A DNA stretch of 64,000 nt from the human T2T-CHM13v2.0 reference genome, Homo sapiens: NCBI RefSeq assembly GCF_009914755.1, contig NC_060931.1. The stretch is one strand, 5' to 3'. Positions 13,384 to 26,860 of this stretch are shown piece after piece (position 1 is the first letter of the stretch; each line of letters starts with the position of its first letter). Below the pieces are notes generated by a model. The model did not search any database. It had not been told where the DNA came from and saw only the letters and a program-made list of their open reading frames with translations. Made by a program: the position numbers and the translations under genes.

Positions 13384-14382
13384 CTTGAAAATTATTGGTA
13401 AATGTCATTGGTCACATGTAGTTCAGGTTCTTAGTAGGAAGACTAAGGTTTTTCTTCTTAATTTATAATGTCTGGATCCAGCTCACAAAGTGGCACATTT
13501 CAATTGTTGGCCAGAAACAACAATAGCTGGACTGGAATCAAATTTCATCAGAGTGAGGTCCAACCATTCGTTGGCTTCTCCAGGTATTGATGGCAAGGGT
13601 CTTCGGATCCCCAAAGAAAAGCCTTCAGCTTTCTGGTTGTCTGAGCCCTATTCCTGCCCTTTGGTTTATTTACTGTTTACCTCCACTATAATGCCATTGC
13701 CTTCTTCCCTCTTCTGAATAATAAAATGGAGCCACACAAAAGGAGGCACATTGGCAAGAGGCCAGCACTCAGGCCGGGCTTTATTGGCCCAGTGACTCCA
13801 GCCCAAGTGCACTCACAGCCAGCTAATGGGTGTTTGGCAGCAGTGGGAGGGTCCTCAGGTGCTACACACTTCAACTGCAGACCCAAACCAGAAAATCCTT
13901 TGGAGCTGTTGAAGTAGATGTTAAGGAGATGTGGAATCACTAAAGGGACAGCATATATCTTGTTTATGATTTCGGGGCCAGTAAGAAGCTACAGAAAAAA
14001 AGATCCAATGCCTTTTTCCTGGTGTTCAGTCCTGGAAAGTCAGTCTCTAGCCCAGTAAGCCACAGTCAGGAAAGTCCAGGAATCCTGCTTCCTCCAGCCC
14101 TCCAATGTATGATTGCCCAGCATGACAACTATATCCTGACCTGTCATGATTCCCATGCCACCGTTGCCATATATTTCTTAAGGGAATTTGGCAAATTTAA
14201 AGGGAAGTCAGAAAGAACAAAGGAAGGGAGATAACATTTGGAAAGGATGCAAGGAAGGAAGAGCAAGAATAGCTGAGGAGAAAAGACAGATCAAAGGGAA
14301 GGGCAGTGATGACAGAGAAGCAGAGGAAGGGAATTACCAGGAGGAAGTGGGAGGCACGAGGCAGCCTCCCCATGGTACTCAC

Positions 14383-14483
14383 GTGTTGTGCAGCACACAC
14401 CAGCCACAGTGGGGGTCGCCTGAGCCAAGGCACTCGCCGCAGCTCTGATACTGACCACAGGACTCCACAGGGACTCTGGTGAG
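14383..14483 (-). CDS. PLXNA4: Plexin-A4 internal coding exon (101 bp, probably exon 5): [33 protein letters not shown](T), N-terminal half of PSI domain 1
   Basis: Manual reverse-complement translation gives the plexin PSI motif C-x5-C-x2-C-x6-HCGWC. Acceptor ...ctgtcctag|CTC at 14484-14485 and donor AC|GTGAGT at 14381-14382. Ends in phase 2, matching the next exon. This frame is not in the supplied ORF track. Confidence 0.97.
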
Positions 14484-15803
14484 CTAGGACAGCAGGATAG
14501 GGAGAAGGTGGTCAAGATTTTGCAGAACACCCAGCAGTGTACCAGAAGAGATGTTGCTCTAAATATCAAGTGTATCACCTGAAATGTTGCAGGAGCATGA
14601 AGGTGCTTGGAGCCCAGTGTGGGAAGGGAACTTGAGTGATTATGTTTGAGTAGGTGGCCACATATGCATCCAGGGAGACAAGCAGCCATATTATTTTCTT
14701 AGCAGTCTCCATGAATACAGACTCCATACAGTCCATACTAAGTTGTCAGAAAAGATATTTACACAGTGTTCATTTCAAGTTTTCTACCTCTGAAACCACC
14801 AAATATCTCTACAAATGGCCAATTCATCATGTATTTGTTTCCTATCAATGTAACAAGTGCAAATGGTCATTCTCACTCTCTCATGGTTTCTCTTTTTCTG
14901 TAGTGTTTCCCCTTCTTTCCAGTCCTCCTTCAAGTTTCGTCATTTTTGCTGCTCCAGAGAGCATTTAGTCTGAGACCAAGACCCTTCTCTTTCTCTTCCT
15001 CCTTGCCATTTACCAAGATATCATAAGCTCACTCTGTAGCTGTTACTTGCCCGCTCTTTCTTTCTCATAATGTTGGCCAACTGGCTCTAAAAGCTTTCAC
15101 TATGGTGCTTTCAAAGAGCATCTGCTGCTATTTCTCCTCCTACCCACACTCTTTTCATGACTAGAGGCTTCCTCTCCAACCCAAAACTTTATATTAGCTT
15201 TCACCAGCCGCCTGCTAATGTAAAATGTTCCACATGACATTTTTGCTTAGCCCAAATGCTTCCATTTCCTACATGCTCTTAAATATCTTTTGAATTTCTT
15301 TGTTCTCCAATGTAGCTTTGCCTTGATGTCTCTTTACATAACTTGCCAGCACTTGCTACATAGTAGGTATTTAATAATGATACACTGGATCAAACGGAGT
15401 TTTTATTTTCTTTTTATAACCTTGGTCTTTATTCTCCGTTTTGCCGGTTTTTTTCTTTACAAAAAGTATTTTTTTTTTTTTAATTTTACATCATCCTCTT
15501 CCAGTTGGGATACCTTTTTATCTCAATGGAGAATCCTGCCTGATGTTTCAGCTTGAGCTAAGAGAATTTGATGTGGCCATCCTTTTAAATTTCTTGCCAT
15601 CATACAACAGGCACAGAAAACTATAAACTGTGCTGACCTGGCTGAACCCTCTCTGTTACATGAGCAAATGCAGAGGCAGTGTTTCCCCTGCTGTTTTATG
15701 GGGCATGTGCCTCTGTAAAATGATGTCTGCTTGGCAGGGGCTACTTGTAACTCACGCACAGGCAAACTGGCACCAGAGCTTCTCAATTAGTCTCCAACTC
15801 TCT

Positions 15804-15832
15804 TTTGGAATTAATTAATAATTAATTCCAAA
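15804..15832. repeat. Perfect inverted repeat, 14-bp arms with 1-nt spacer (TTTGGAATTAATTA-A-TAATTAATTCCAAA)
   Basis: The arms are exact reverse complements. Confidence 0.97.
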
Positions 15833-18800
15833 TCCCACATGATCTCTTTTCCCTTAACTTTCTTATTCCCTTTATGCATCTTTTTGTTCTCCAAAGTACA
15901 CACTGAGCGTTCTTAATGACCACACTGCGCTTTCACTTCTTTCAAGCAACCTTTTAGCTTACCTCTCCCATTCTGACGGCAGTGACCTTGACCTTGGTGG
16001 CCCTTCCTCCACCTTCTCAGATGTCTTTTTTGCACATTTGGAATTTTATCTTTTCTTTTATTACTGCTCATGTAATCTGCATGAGCCGTGCCTGGAGTCT
16101 GCCTACATATGACCTTCCTATCCTACTAATTAACCTTAACAATTAGTTCCTTACAAATTACCCACACTGGCTCCACACCAGCCAAGAATTTGCCCTCTTT
16201 CTGTTGCGTCTTTAATTTCTCTTCCTACTCCTTAAGTGAGCATAGACATGCTAGTCATGTAAGCATATAAATAGTGGCTCCTAACCCAAAGTACCTGGAC
16301 TCCTAGTAATTCATGAGTGGTAATGAGGTCCACACGCTATTTTCAATATTTCCCAAAGCCTAATGGCAATTGAACTGTTGCTGTTTTATGTTTTTTATTC
16401 ATACTCAGTGATGTATGTCTCATATTAAAAATAGGAAATATGTTATTACTTAATAAATGCAGTTTGTTTAGTAGACAGAATCTTTCAAAACATAATGCAC
16501 AGAGGGAAAAAATAATAAAAGGGGCCATAAATGGTGAAAGTTGGGAAACATAAGTACACAATAATGTTTTCATATGTTCCAGCTGCTTGTCTAGCACTCC
16601 ATATTTTGCATAGGCTTAAACAGAAAATCATGCCTTGCTCAATCAAAAGCATTTTCTCGCTCTAAACTTAATTACCATCCTCCTCAGTTTCTCCTATTGA
16701 CAAGTTCTATAATCCACCTTGGATGGAATGTGGCTGCATGTTCTGGAATGTTCCACATCAAGTCAAGAGCCAGCTGCTTGGTGAATCTGAAATTCTCAAA
16801 AACCTTTGCATTCAGATTCTTAAAATATTTTGAAACTGGTGTTTAATAATGTCCATACCCTGGAATTGTCAAGTCCCTCCTCCTGATTTTAAACATGAGT
16901 CATTTTTTGTTGGGTTGGAAAGAATGCAAGAGCCCTCAGAGCTAGGTTCAAATTCTGGCTTAACATGGAGATAAAAATCCCTCCTCCCCACCCCCACCCC
17001 AATTCACAGTTTCCCAAAGCACAGATGATGCAATGGTTTTGTAAATGGTCTGGCACTTTATAAGTGACGGCTATGATGGATCGCTGCTATCCTTTTCATT
17101 AATATCCCAATCCTCCTTGTACTGTCACTTACCTCTCCCCGACATCCCAGAAAACTCCTCTGACAGTCTTCCAAGGCTTCAGGAACTCTGTCAGGAGTTC
17201 AACAGACCTGGGAGAACTTTTTTTTTTTAGTACCTTGATAGTGTCATTTCCTCCTTGAGCTATGATATTTGCCCCTAAGCCATTCATTGCTCCACACTTT
17301 GGATGAAACCTGGAGTTATCTCATTTCCAGGACTTATTCACTATCTTTATTAGCTTCTGGAACAGCTATCTGCTTTTCTTAGCTTTTCATTTAGGTGGGT
17401 CCATGTGAGACAGGGACACAAGTCCTGCACAGGTATTATGAGTCCTGGGTTCCAGCCACAGCTCTGCCCCCCAGTTTCCTGGGTAAACTTGGACAAGTCT
17501 CTCCTGGGCTTCTTTGTGATGATCTGAAAAATGAGGAACTGGGCGCGTTAGGTCTGAATTCCCTCTCAGTCCTAACATCCTAAGCTCCTTGTTAATGCTC
17601 TGACAAAGTCTCTCAGGTCAGCCTCATCTCACTTGTTTGGTTTTCATGGACATGTATAACAATGGCACCAGGTCTACCTTCAAGAAAACTTTCTCTTGAA
17701 GACAATCATCTGGGCAGCTAGAGCTTTCTCATCTTAAAGGTAAACAACCCAACTGCCTGTAGTCTTTCCTTACGGAATATTTCTATTTATGATTTAACCA
17801 TTTTTTATGACTCTCTTCTGAACTTGATCTAGGTTCTCTCCACTCTTTTTAAAGTGTGGACATTCAAATTGGGGAGCCAACAGGATTCTGACAGTCCAAG
17901 TAGAAAGGTTACCATTATTTGAGAGCTAGGTGCCACCTCCTTCACCTTGCCAGGACCTTCCCAAGGAAGGACAGAACCAGGGAAATCTCCCAGGCCCCAC
18001 CATCAGGCAATAGTCTCCAGCATGGCCAAGGCCTCCCAGACTGGCTGCACAGCTCTCCATCTCTATCATTGCTTTGCCTCACTCTGTACCCCATGGTTAA
18101 TTCTGCAAAGCATCAGAAGTTTTTCTAATACTTTAAATCACTTTTGAAAACTGGATTTAGTCCAACCATTTAGCTTAGTATAAATGTATTCCCTTATGTC
18201 CCCAGTTACTATCCACACCTTGCTAGTATGTTGCACAGGTGGCCAGATGGCCTCTGAGCCACCTTGTCTCTATGATTCTCTTTCCCCAAATACCTAGACT
18301 TGCCACTCACAGCCTTACACCATACAAAGCTGCCTCTCCCATCCCCCAACTCCAGCTCCTCTCCTGACCCTGGAACACAAACCACTCCAGATGCAGAGCC
18401 ACACGATTAATTAAAACCACCCCACGCTGATTAAAGTCTTAAGCTGCAGTGCCAGGCATGCTAATTAACTGAGTGAGGGAATTCAGACCACAGGAAGAGG
18501 TGAAAAAAGAAAGTAAGAGGGGCGGGGGAGGGACTTCTGTTTGGAGAACAAATCAGATGGTGACGTGACCTAAGCTGCCATAATGATAGATTGTCTCAGA
18601 GACCACAAAATATTGAGGTCTGTCCCCTGGCCACCAGACTCTAGCAAAGGTGTTGATTGATGTGGCTGCAACTTCACCTTCGCTGCTTCTAGAGATGGGA
18701 GCCCCATCACCTCTGGGGACCTCCATGTGTGCATAAACTGTGCTTGGGGAGAAGGATTGTGTGCAGGGTTAGGGTAGGGTCTGCACAACATTGTCTTGGG

Positions 18801-18834
18801 ACATCGTCCTGGCTTTGTGCAAAAACCTATTAGG

Positions 18835-19425
18835 CAGTTTAGCAGTTCCTCAAAAAATTAAACAGAATTACTATACGATCTGGCAGTTTTGCTTCTGGGT
18901 ACACCTGCAAAACAACCAAAAGCAGGATCTCAAAGAGACATTTGCACACTCAGGTTCATAGTGGAACTACTCACAATAGCCAAAAGATGGAAGCAACCCA
19001 AATATCCATCAACAGATGAATGGACAAACAATATGTGGTATATCCATACAATGGAATATTATTCAGCCTTAAAAAGGAAGGAAATTCTGACACATGCTAC
19101 AACATGGATGAACCTCGAGGACATGATGCTAAGTGAAATAAGCCAGACATAAAAGGACAAATACTGCATGATTCTGCTTATGTGAGGTGCCTAGAGTAGT
19201 CAGATTCATAGTGACAGAAAGTAGTACGGTGGTTGCCAGGGACTAGGGAAGGGAGGAATAAGGAGTTACTCTTTAATGGGCAAAGACTTTCTGTTTGAGC
19301 AAATGAAAATGTTCAGAAGATGGAGGGTGGTGATGCTTGCACCACAATGTGAGTGTACTTACAAATGCACACTTAGAAATAATTAACACTGTGAATTTTT
19401 TTATGTGTATTTTACCACAATAAAA
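18835..19425 (+). mobile_element. L1MA/L1MB-type LINE-1 3' fragment (ORF2 C-terminus plus 3' UTR)
   Basis: ORF 18889..19152 contains the L1 ORF2p C-terminal motif AKRWKQPKYPSTDEW...WYIHTMEYYSA; ends ...tattttaccacaataaaa. Confidence 0.92.
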
Positions 19426-20084
19426 GAGTTGAAATAATCCTTTTGAGTGGACTTGACAAATTATTTCATCTTCGGCATGGCAGCATGGATATGAAAACAC
19501 CTGTTCTCTGCTTAGCTCCTTGGGTCAAAGGGGAACGGCTTTTGCTGGTAGACTAATACAATCATCTTTATGAAATATTCTGATATCTTTCAGTCAAAAG
19601 ATAGGTATCACTATTCTTTTCAACGTAATCTCAAATGGGTTTTGGATAAATGTCTCCTATCATGTATCATTACATAACTGGCTCTGTTGTTCTCAAGGTC
19701 TGGATACCTGTTTCCTGATTTGGAAAAATAATGCCATAGCCTTGTTCTTCCTGGAAATTTTCCTTACCTCTCACCCATTCCAAAAGGCCTAGACGAGGAG
19801 CTCTCAATTCAAATAACTCACAAGAGGTCAAATGGCCCCTGATTTTAGAAAATCCTCCTGCTGTTGCTCAAGCTCTCCTTTGGTATTTTTCATTCACAGT
19901 TATGGCCAGAAATCACTCATGTGCCCTTCCCCATTTACACTTCCTTTCCCCCTAGATCACCTTTCTGGGAATCTGGGTGGTTTTATCCTTTTGCCACCAA
20001 GGTAAGCTTCCTTAAATAATATAATGTAGTTTGGTCTGGTTTTAAATGATTGTAAATAGAATTATCATTTGCTGTTGTACATGC

Positions 20085-20085
<1 letters not shown>

Positions 20086-20126
<41 letters not shown>

Positions 20127-20148
20127 CATCATCATCCTCATCACCATC
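20086..20148. repeat. (ATC)13 trinucleotide microsatellite with degenerate extension
   Basis: Read directly: pure 20086-20124, then CTC/ACC interruptions. Confidence 0.97.
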
Positions 20149-21248
20149 TTCCTAACCTGTCCAGTTCCAAAGGCCACAAATTTACAAAACAATGGCCTAG
20201 CACAGCAAGGCAATGAATGACTGAAAAGAGAGCAAAGGGTCCCAAATCAGATTTTAAGTCATGGCCTTGGTCTTCATAAGTTTCTCCATCTGATGAGCTG
20301 AGCCCATTGCTTGGGGACCTGGGAGCCTGGGGGTCCTCCATGGCAGCTGGAGGAATTTTTACAGCTTCTGAGTCCTGGCCCCCATTGCCCAACTCCCACC
20401 TGGTTTCTCTGATATTTCGAAAGATGCTTTCCTCTGGCAATAGGGTCTCACTCTGCCTGTTGCTGCTCACATTCTGAAGGGTGCCTGCTGTTCTGCTGAT
20501 TACATTCAGAAATGTTCCACAGATATAGCATGCAGTCTCTGTGTGTATCTCTAATTTGTTTAAGCATTTGACATTATGGTCAAAATGTGAGTTATTACTC
20601 CATTTCTACTCTTATAATTGGATGCTAATGCAACGATGGCTACACTGAGCCTGATGGTTGGAATTAATTTAAATGTCCAAAAGGTTTCTTAAGTACCCAA
20701 TTTCCTTCAAAATTGTCAAAAAAGAAAGAAAAAAAGAGGCAAGATGACCCATTAAGAAACTCCAAGAGGCTGCTGGAGGAACTGTCAAGCTGTGCAGACG
20801 CTGCACTTGGTGCTGTACCTCATGCTGTCCTTCCTTGTCACTGTCCCCGAGCAGAGGAAGTAGAGTTGAGAAAAGTAAGTCCTTTTCTGGCAAATTCTTA
20901 GCTCAGTAATACACATGGGTCTTAGTGGCATGGTCTTGGGGAGCTCCTCAAAGCATCTCCACCCGCCTTCATCTCCTTTGGTCACCACTGGCTGCCTTTC
21001 CAAGCTTTATTTCTGCTGGCCAGGGACCACATAAAGGTTTTGTGGAGTCTCCCTGTGATGGCTCCAAGGCCCTCACTGCCAGGGCTGCAATTTGTGGTTG
21101 AGCAGTGGCTCAAGAAGCTGTGCTTATTTCAAGTCACTCCACATGCCTGGAACCCTGTCACTCCTATTCTCTTTGCTCAAAGGGGGCAGGTATTTCTGAA
21201 CCTGGCTAACAGGTAAGAAAGGCAGATGCCAGAAGGCTGGTCCCAGGC

Positions 21249-21755
21249 TGTGGCAGATTGTATTATGAGTCCCAATTCTTCACTCCCTAAAAAGAAGACT
21301 TTTATGTCTCCACCCCTATGGCCTCATGGTGAATAGACAAGTGGTGTGTACTTCCCCACTTCTTGGCTTTGGGCATGGCCTCAGAACTCGATTGGCCAAT
21401 GAATGGTAGGAAACACGAGGCAAATGAATGCTTCCGAAGTGCTTATGTGCTCATCTTTGCCTTCTGTGCTTCTGTCATTGCCATGAGAAGAGCTTCCCGA
21501 AATAGCTGTTTCCTCTTCAGCCTGGGCCCCAAATGAACCCACATGGAGAGAGACCTGAGCCCAAACCACAGCCAGGAGACAACCCTGGCTGATGCAGCAG
21601 CTTGAAGCAGAACTGCCCAGCTGAGTTGAGCTTAGGGAGCTGACATGCAATTGCTTTGCAGAGCCATGGGTGTGAGGATTCATGTCTATTGTATGCAAGT
21701 GAGTTTTGGGCTGGTTTGTTACAAAGCTTTATTGTGGCAATAGCTAGCTGATACA
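21249..21755 (+). mobile_element. MaLR solo LTR (MLT1 family)
   Basis: TG...CA termini (tgtggcagattg ... gcaatagctagctgataca) and a 5-bp TSD CAGG[C/T] at 21244-21248 and 21756-21760. Confidence 0.88.
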
Positions 21756-22694
21756 CAGGTGCTGGACAGAAAGTTACACCAGGATGCAAAGGTCCCGTGA
21801 AAGGTAGAGGGGAGAGGTCAGTCAAATGGAGGAGGGGGAAGGTTGCAGTGTGGTAGCTTCTTACCACCCTGTGCTTCAAATAGGTCATGCAAACATTGAT
21901 GGCGTATGTAACTTGTACAAGTTCAGAAATTATTGAAAGCCAGATCTAACGTGATAAATGGCCCTTCTCAGTACCTCCCACGCTGGCCATGCTCTTTTAA
22001 TTCTATGGTCATAGATCTACAGATCTCAGGAAGGTCTAGCCCCTCAGCAAAGTACTAAAGAAGACTCTGGAAAGAGAATGCAGCCCTCCAGATGTGGTCA
22101 GCTGTCCAGAAGCAAAGATGTGCTTCAGACCCCTTGTACTGACCATCTGGCCACCCCAGTGTCAGAAAATGATTTTTTTTTTTCTACTTGGCAGCAGTAA
22201 AAACTCCTTGGGAATGATTTGCCTTGAGCTTTGCAATTCCTCCTGCTGGTGCTTGGGCCATGGGGCTAATCCAGCTGGGCCTCACTTGACGGCAGACAGA
22301 GGCACAGGGTCAAGGGCAGCAGCCTTGGCTACCACCACTGTCCCTACCTGCCTCTAGGCAGGACCTCTGGGGTCAAGGTTGATGATATTTAGAATAGCAA
22401 AGGCAACCGCCCCAGGGCATGAGGCTTGGGGAGCTGAGGTTCCAAGCTGTAATCTAATCTGTGTGTCTGGGTGACCTTGAACAAAATATTCCCATTTTTC
22501 ATGCCTCACTGGATTCATTTTCAGATTAGGGGGATCCAGTCCTGCTCTGCCTTAAAGAATTGGTCACAAAATACTACCAATACAAATGATTTGGGAAGCT
22601 TCTTGTAAATGAAAAGTAGCAGATGTTGTGGAGGGCTGCAATTTGTTGCTATTAATAAGAATAAATGCCTAATAGGAAGCCAGTTTGCTCTGGG

Positions 22695-22920
22695 AACTCG
22701 GACAGCCAAGGAGCGAGTGCCGACGCCGGAATCATCAACATATGTTGGTCCTCATTAGCAAACGGCAGTAGCTGGGAAGCTGGGCAAGGAGCTCTCAGCG
22801 TGCTTTCTGCAGAGCGTCGAGAAATCACCCCATCCTCAGGCTTCCCAGTGTGGGCTGCGCTAAAATGGCACGTGATCGTTATTAGCCAGACCCCTTGCCA
22901 AGCGGGAGAGCGATCCCCTT
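22695..22920. promoter_or_regulatory. Candidate intronic enhancer (CpG-retaining, palindromic bHLH site plus CACGTG)
   Basis: About 14 CpGs in 220 bp with no recognisable repeat; CAACATATGTTG at 22736-22747; CACGTG at 22869-22874. Motif evidence only. Confidence 0.45.
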
Positions 22921-23379
22921 CCCTGATGCACAGATGGAAAAGCCATAGCCCAGAGGGGCTGAGCAGCTTGCCCAAGGTCACGCAGCAGGGCGGTGGCAAA
23001 GGTGGAAATTGAAATGAAGTTGGGGGCTGGAGCCTGCCCTCGGGCCTGCCAGACACCACTGGCTCCCGGAACATAGTACAGGGGATTGAGAAACCTCTGG
23101 TCCCTCTGCTGAACACAGGTCCTGTGTTGAAAACTTCACAGCATTGCAGGCTACTTACTATACTGCCAGGAAGGTGTGGCTGAGTTCAGGGGCTGAGGAG
23201 CCCCACCTACGGGCAGATCACCAAGTAGCAGCCCTGAAGAGAGAATGACAATTGGTCTCAGCACAGCCTCCTCCTCCAGGAGGTTTTCTTACTCCTTCAA
23301 ATGTGGTTAGGGAGAAAAATAGAGTTTGAAATAGTTTTATCTCAGGGACAAGTGAGAAGCAGAGATCTGAGAGAAAAAC

Positions 23380-23530
23380 AGACCTGGGTTTGGATCCTGG
23401 ATCTGCCACCACTGTGTGACTTGGACAACTTATTTAACTTCATCAAGCCTCTTTTTCCTCATCTAAGTACCCTGATGGGTTGTTTTGAAGAATAATTGGG
23501 ATGACACATATGAATGTATTAGTGTTATGC
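23380..23530 (+). mobile_element. MIR SINE
   Basis: gacctgggtttggatcctggatctgccaccactgtgtgacttggacaacttatttaac...tttcctcatct. Confidence 0.75.
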
Positions 23531-25597
23531 TAATGGCAACTCTGTTGTTCCAGCCTCTGCCTCCGATAAAATGCCCCTGTGATGGGTGGTGCGAAGTCAT
23601 CTCTCTTCACTCCACTATACCTAGTACTCAGCTCATGCGCAGTAAATGAGAAAAGTGAATGAATGCTTGCATGCACGCATAAATAAATAAGTGAATGAAT
23701 GAATGTGGTTCCTATTACACTTGTACGTGTTCCAAGAATCCCCTGGAGATCATTTATTTGGCAACCTTGGCTCTACTCTAAAACCTATCATTTCTGGATT
23801 ATTGCCACAGATTAATCTCTTAGTGTAAAGGTTAAATCCTCTCCTTTCTCTGAGCTCTCATGCTCACATTCACACACAGGCTCAGGAGGCCCGACTTCCT
23901 GACTTCCAGGGCTGCGGGGTTGCAATGTGTGAGATTCTCTAGCTAGGCAGATCCTATGCATTTGACAGAGGAGACTGCAGCCAGAGCAACCCCTCCAACA
24001 TGGAGGCCCAAAGGAATGGGGGATGAGAGGAGTGTTCTGGCATTCACACAGTTAACAAGCTGAGAGGGACCTTGGAAACATTCTAGCTGCCAATCCTCTT
24101 ATTTTTCAGATGAAGCTCAGTTGCTGCAGGGATTTGTCCAAGGCTACATGGCTACCAACACTCCTCATTTGATACCCAGTCCCTAGATACTGACTCCTGG
24201 CCAAAATGCTCATTCTTGACCCCATCTTAAGGTCAGGGCTGAAGCAGGGGCAGAGCCTCAGGGCCCCACATCCTGGAGAAAAATGAAAGTTTCCCTCCCC
24301 ATCCCCAAGCCCAGCAGGTGGGAAGGGGCTGTTGTCCTGGGGATCAAAGTGCTGCTCCTGTTCCAGCCTTTTTTTTTTTTTTTTTGACTCTGTGTACATT
24401 GGGTATTTTATTAGAAACTTTCATGTTACTGCTACGTAAACACTGCTTCAAAATAATACATAAGTTAAAAACTTGTCAAGCAAGTTCTTCATCAGCTGTA
24501 CTCCTAGAATTAAACACACATCACACACATACAAGTCACCAACCCCCACAAAATGTTTAATTTAACTGACCTTAAAATTTGGAGAAAAGTATCGGTTGGC
24601 TTATCTTTTAGCAAATGACACAGACAAAGACTATGGCCCCTTCTGAACTGGGACCGGGAACCTACTGTTGTGTGTTTCCCAAGCACAGCCTGCTCAATGG
24701 GAGCCTTTGTTTCTGCAGCCAAGAAGAAGGCGGGGAGGGGCTGGCACGGTGACACCTAACTCCTGGCCCAGGCAGCGGAGCCAAGCTAGTCCCCAGGCAT
24801 ATGCTGAGGCTCCCTAGCTGGCTGGCACTGGCTCCTTGTGGGAAGTGGCAGGGCAGGCTGGGCAGGCACTCCCTTCTCCATCTAGCACCTGACCCTTCTC
24901 TCTGACTTCCTTCTAGCAAGGGCTCTGCTGACCAGCGTTCCCAGCAATGCTCTGGCTGTTCAAACCACAAAAAAACAGTGTGTGTAAATGATACATTTTG
25001 TGAATGAGTGCACAGCAGCCCAAGGGGGTGTGCCCAGATGTGCATGTCTCAGCACAGGAGTAGCATTTGCACACACCTATGGGGGGCAGAAGTGTTCTGG
25101 ACCACAGGAGACTGTGTGCAAATAAACACATCTTTCCTCGCAGGCAACCAAGGCTGGGTATGAGGCTTCTCTGGCTAGGAAACAAACATCTTTTTTCAAA
25201 AAGGGATTTGACTCTGGGAAAAGTTATGGTGCTCAAATGATTGGAAACTGATATTCCTGAAGGAGAACCTTCTAGGTTTATCAACATAGGGCCCCACTCT
25301 CAGAAGACCAGGTGCTGCTGGCTTAGAAAGGAGGCAGAGACGACAGATGACCCAAGGAATTCTAAATCATCTTCGTTTCACCCTATCTCCTGTCTCAAGG
25401 TACCCACCTAACTCTACTGAACTTATATGAGCTTCCATTGCAGGATCAGGGCCAAGCCTGCTGCTGGGGAAAGACAAAGAGGGCCCTCTGGTGTCTGGGT
25501 CATCCTGGACACAGGCAAAATGTATCTTCTTCAGTAAGAGATACAGCTTTGAGGGCATCTTCCAGTAATTCTTCAAATATGAAAGGACAATTGTTAA

Positions 25598-25916
<319 letters not shown>

Positions 25917-25949
25917 TCTAAAAGGGTTTTATGCCTTATGCACTGTCGG

Positions 25950-26300
25950 TGAGTGTTTAGATTAGCACAACCATTTTGAGGAGTAATTTGGCAGTTATTA
26001 CTAAAACCTAAAATGACCCAGAAAGTCTTCCTCTTGGAATCTTTCCTGCAGAAATACCAGCACCTAGACACCGGTGGTTGGCTGTGGATATTCACTGTGG
26101 CTTTGTATGTAGTAATGTCTGTTTGGAAACAACCTAAATATCCATCCACAGGGGGCTGGCTAAAAAAATCGTGGCACATCTACACTCTAAGATAATAGTC
26201 TGTATGTACTAAGATGGATGAATGTCTATGATTCATATTTGAGTTAAAAAAACAAATTTTATAAAAAGGGTATATTAAGACTCAATGTTTGTTTTCAAAA
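25950..26300 (+). mobile_element. Old L1M (L1ME-like) fragment
   Basis: ORF 26013..26195 has the degenerate ORF2p motif WKQPKYPSTGGWLKKSWHIYT. Confidence 0.7.
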
Positions 26301-26535
26301 GACAACTGTGCAGCTGTGTATACATATATATGCAAACCTCGTGCAAAGAATAACTTCTAGAGAGAGAGTTACATATTTGCTAACAGTGGTTAACTTTGGA
26401 GAGTTTGAATTTTTCACAGACAGGGTATTATTGACTTGGGAAATTAAAATAATATTTTAAAGATGCTTTAACCTTTAGTCTTTTAAACTAAATTAACTGT
26501 GCAGCTCAAAATTTATTTTAGGGTGACAGCTTGAA

Positions 26536-26860
26536 TTTTTCTTTTTTCTTTTTTTTTTTTTTTTTTTTTGAGATAGAGTCTCACTCTGTCACCCAGGCTG
26601 GAGTGCAGTGGCGCGATCTCAGCTCACTGCAACTTCTGCCTCCTAAGTTCAAGCAATTATCCCACCTCAGCCTCCTGAGTAGCTGAGACTACAGACACAC
26701 ACCACCATGCCAAGCTAATTTCTTTTTTGTACTTCTTTTTTGTAGAGATAGGAGTTCACCATGTTGGCCAAGCTGATCTTGAACTCCTGACCTCAAGGGA
26801 TCTGACTGTCTTGACCTTCCACAGTGCTGGGATTACAGTCATGAGCCACCATGCCCAGCC
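26536..26860 (-). mobile_element. Full-length Alu (old S/J type)
   Basis: Antisense Alu consensus with poly-T. Confidence 0.95.

Noticed and set aside
19983-20213. Poly-Met ORF
   Set aside because: This is a translation of the (ATC)n microsatellite.
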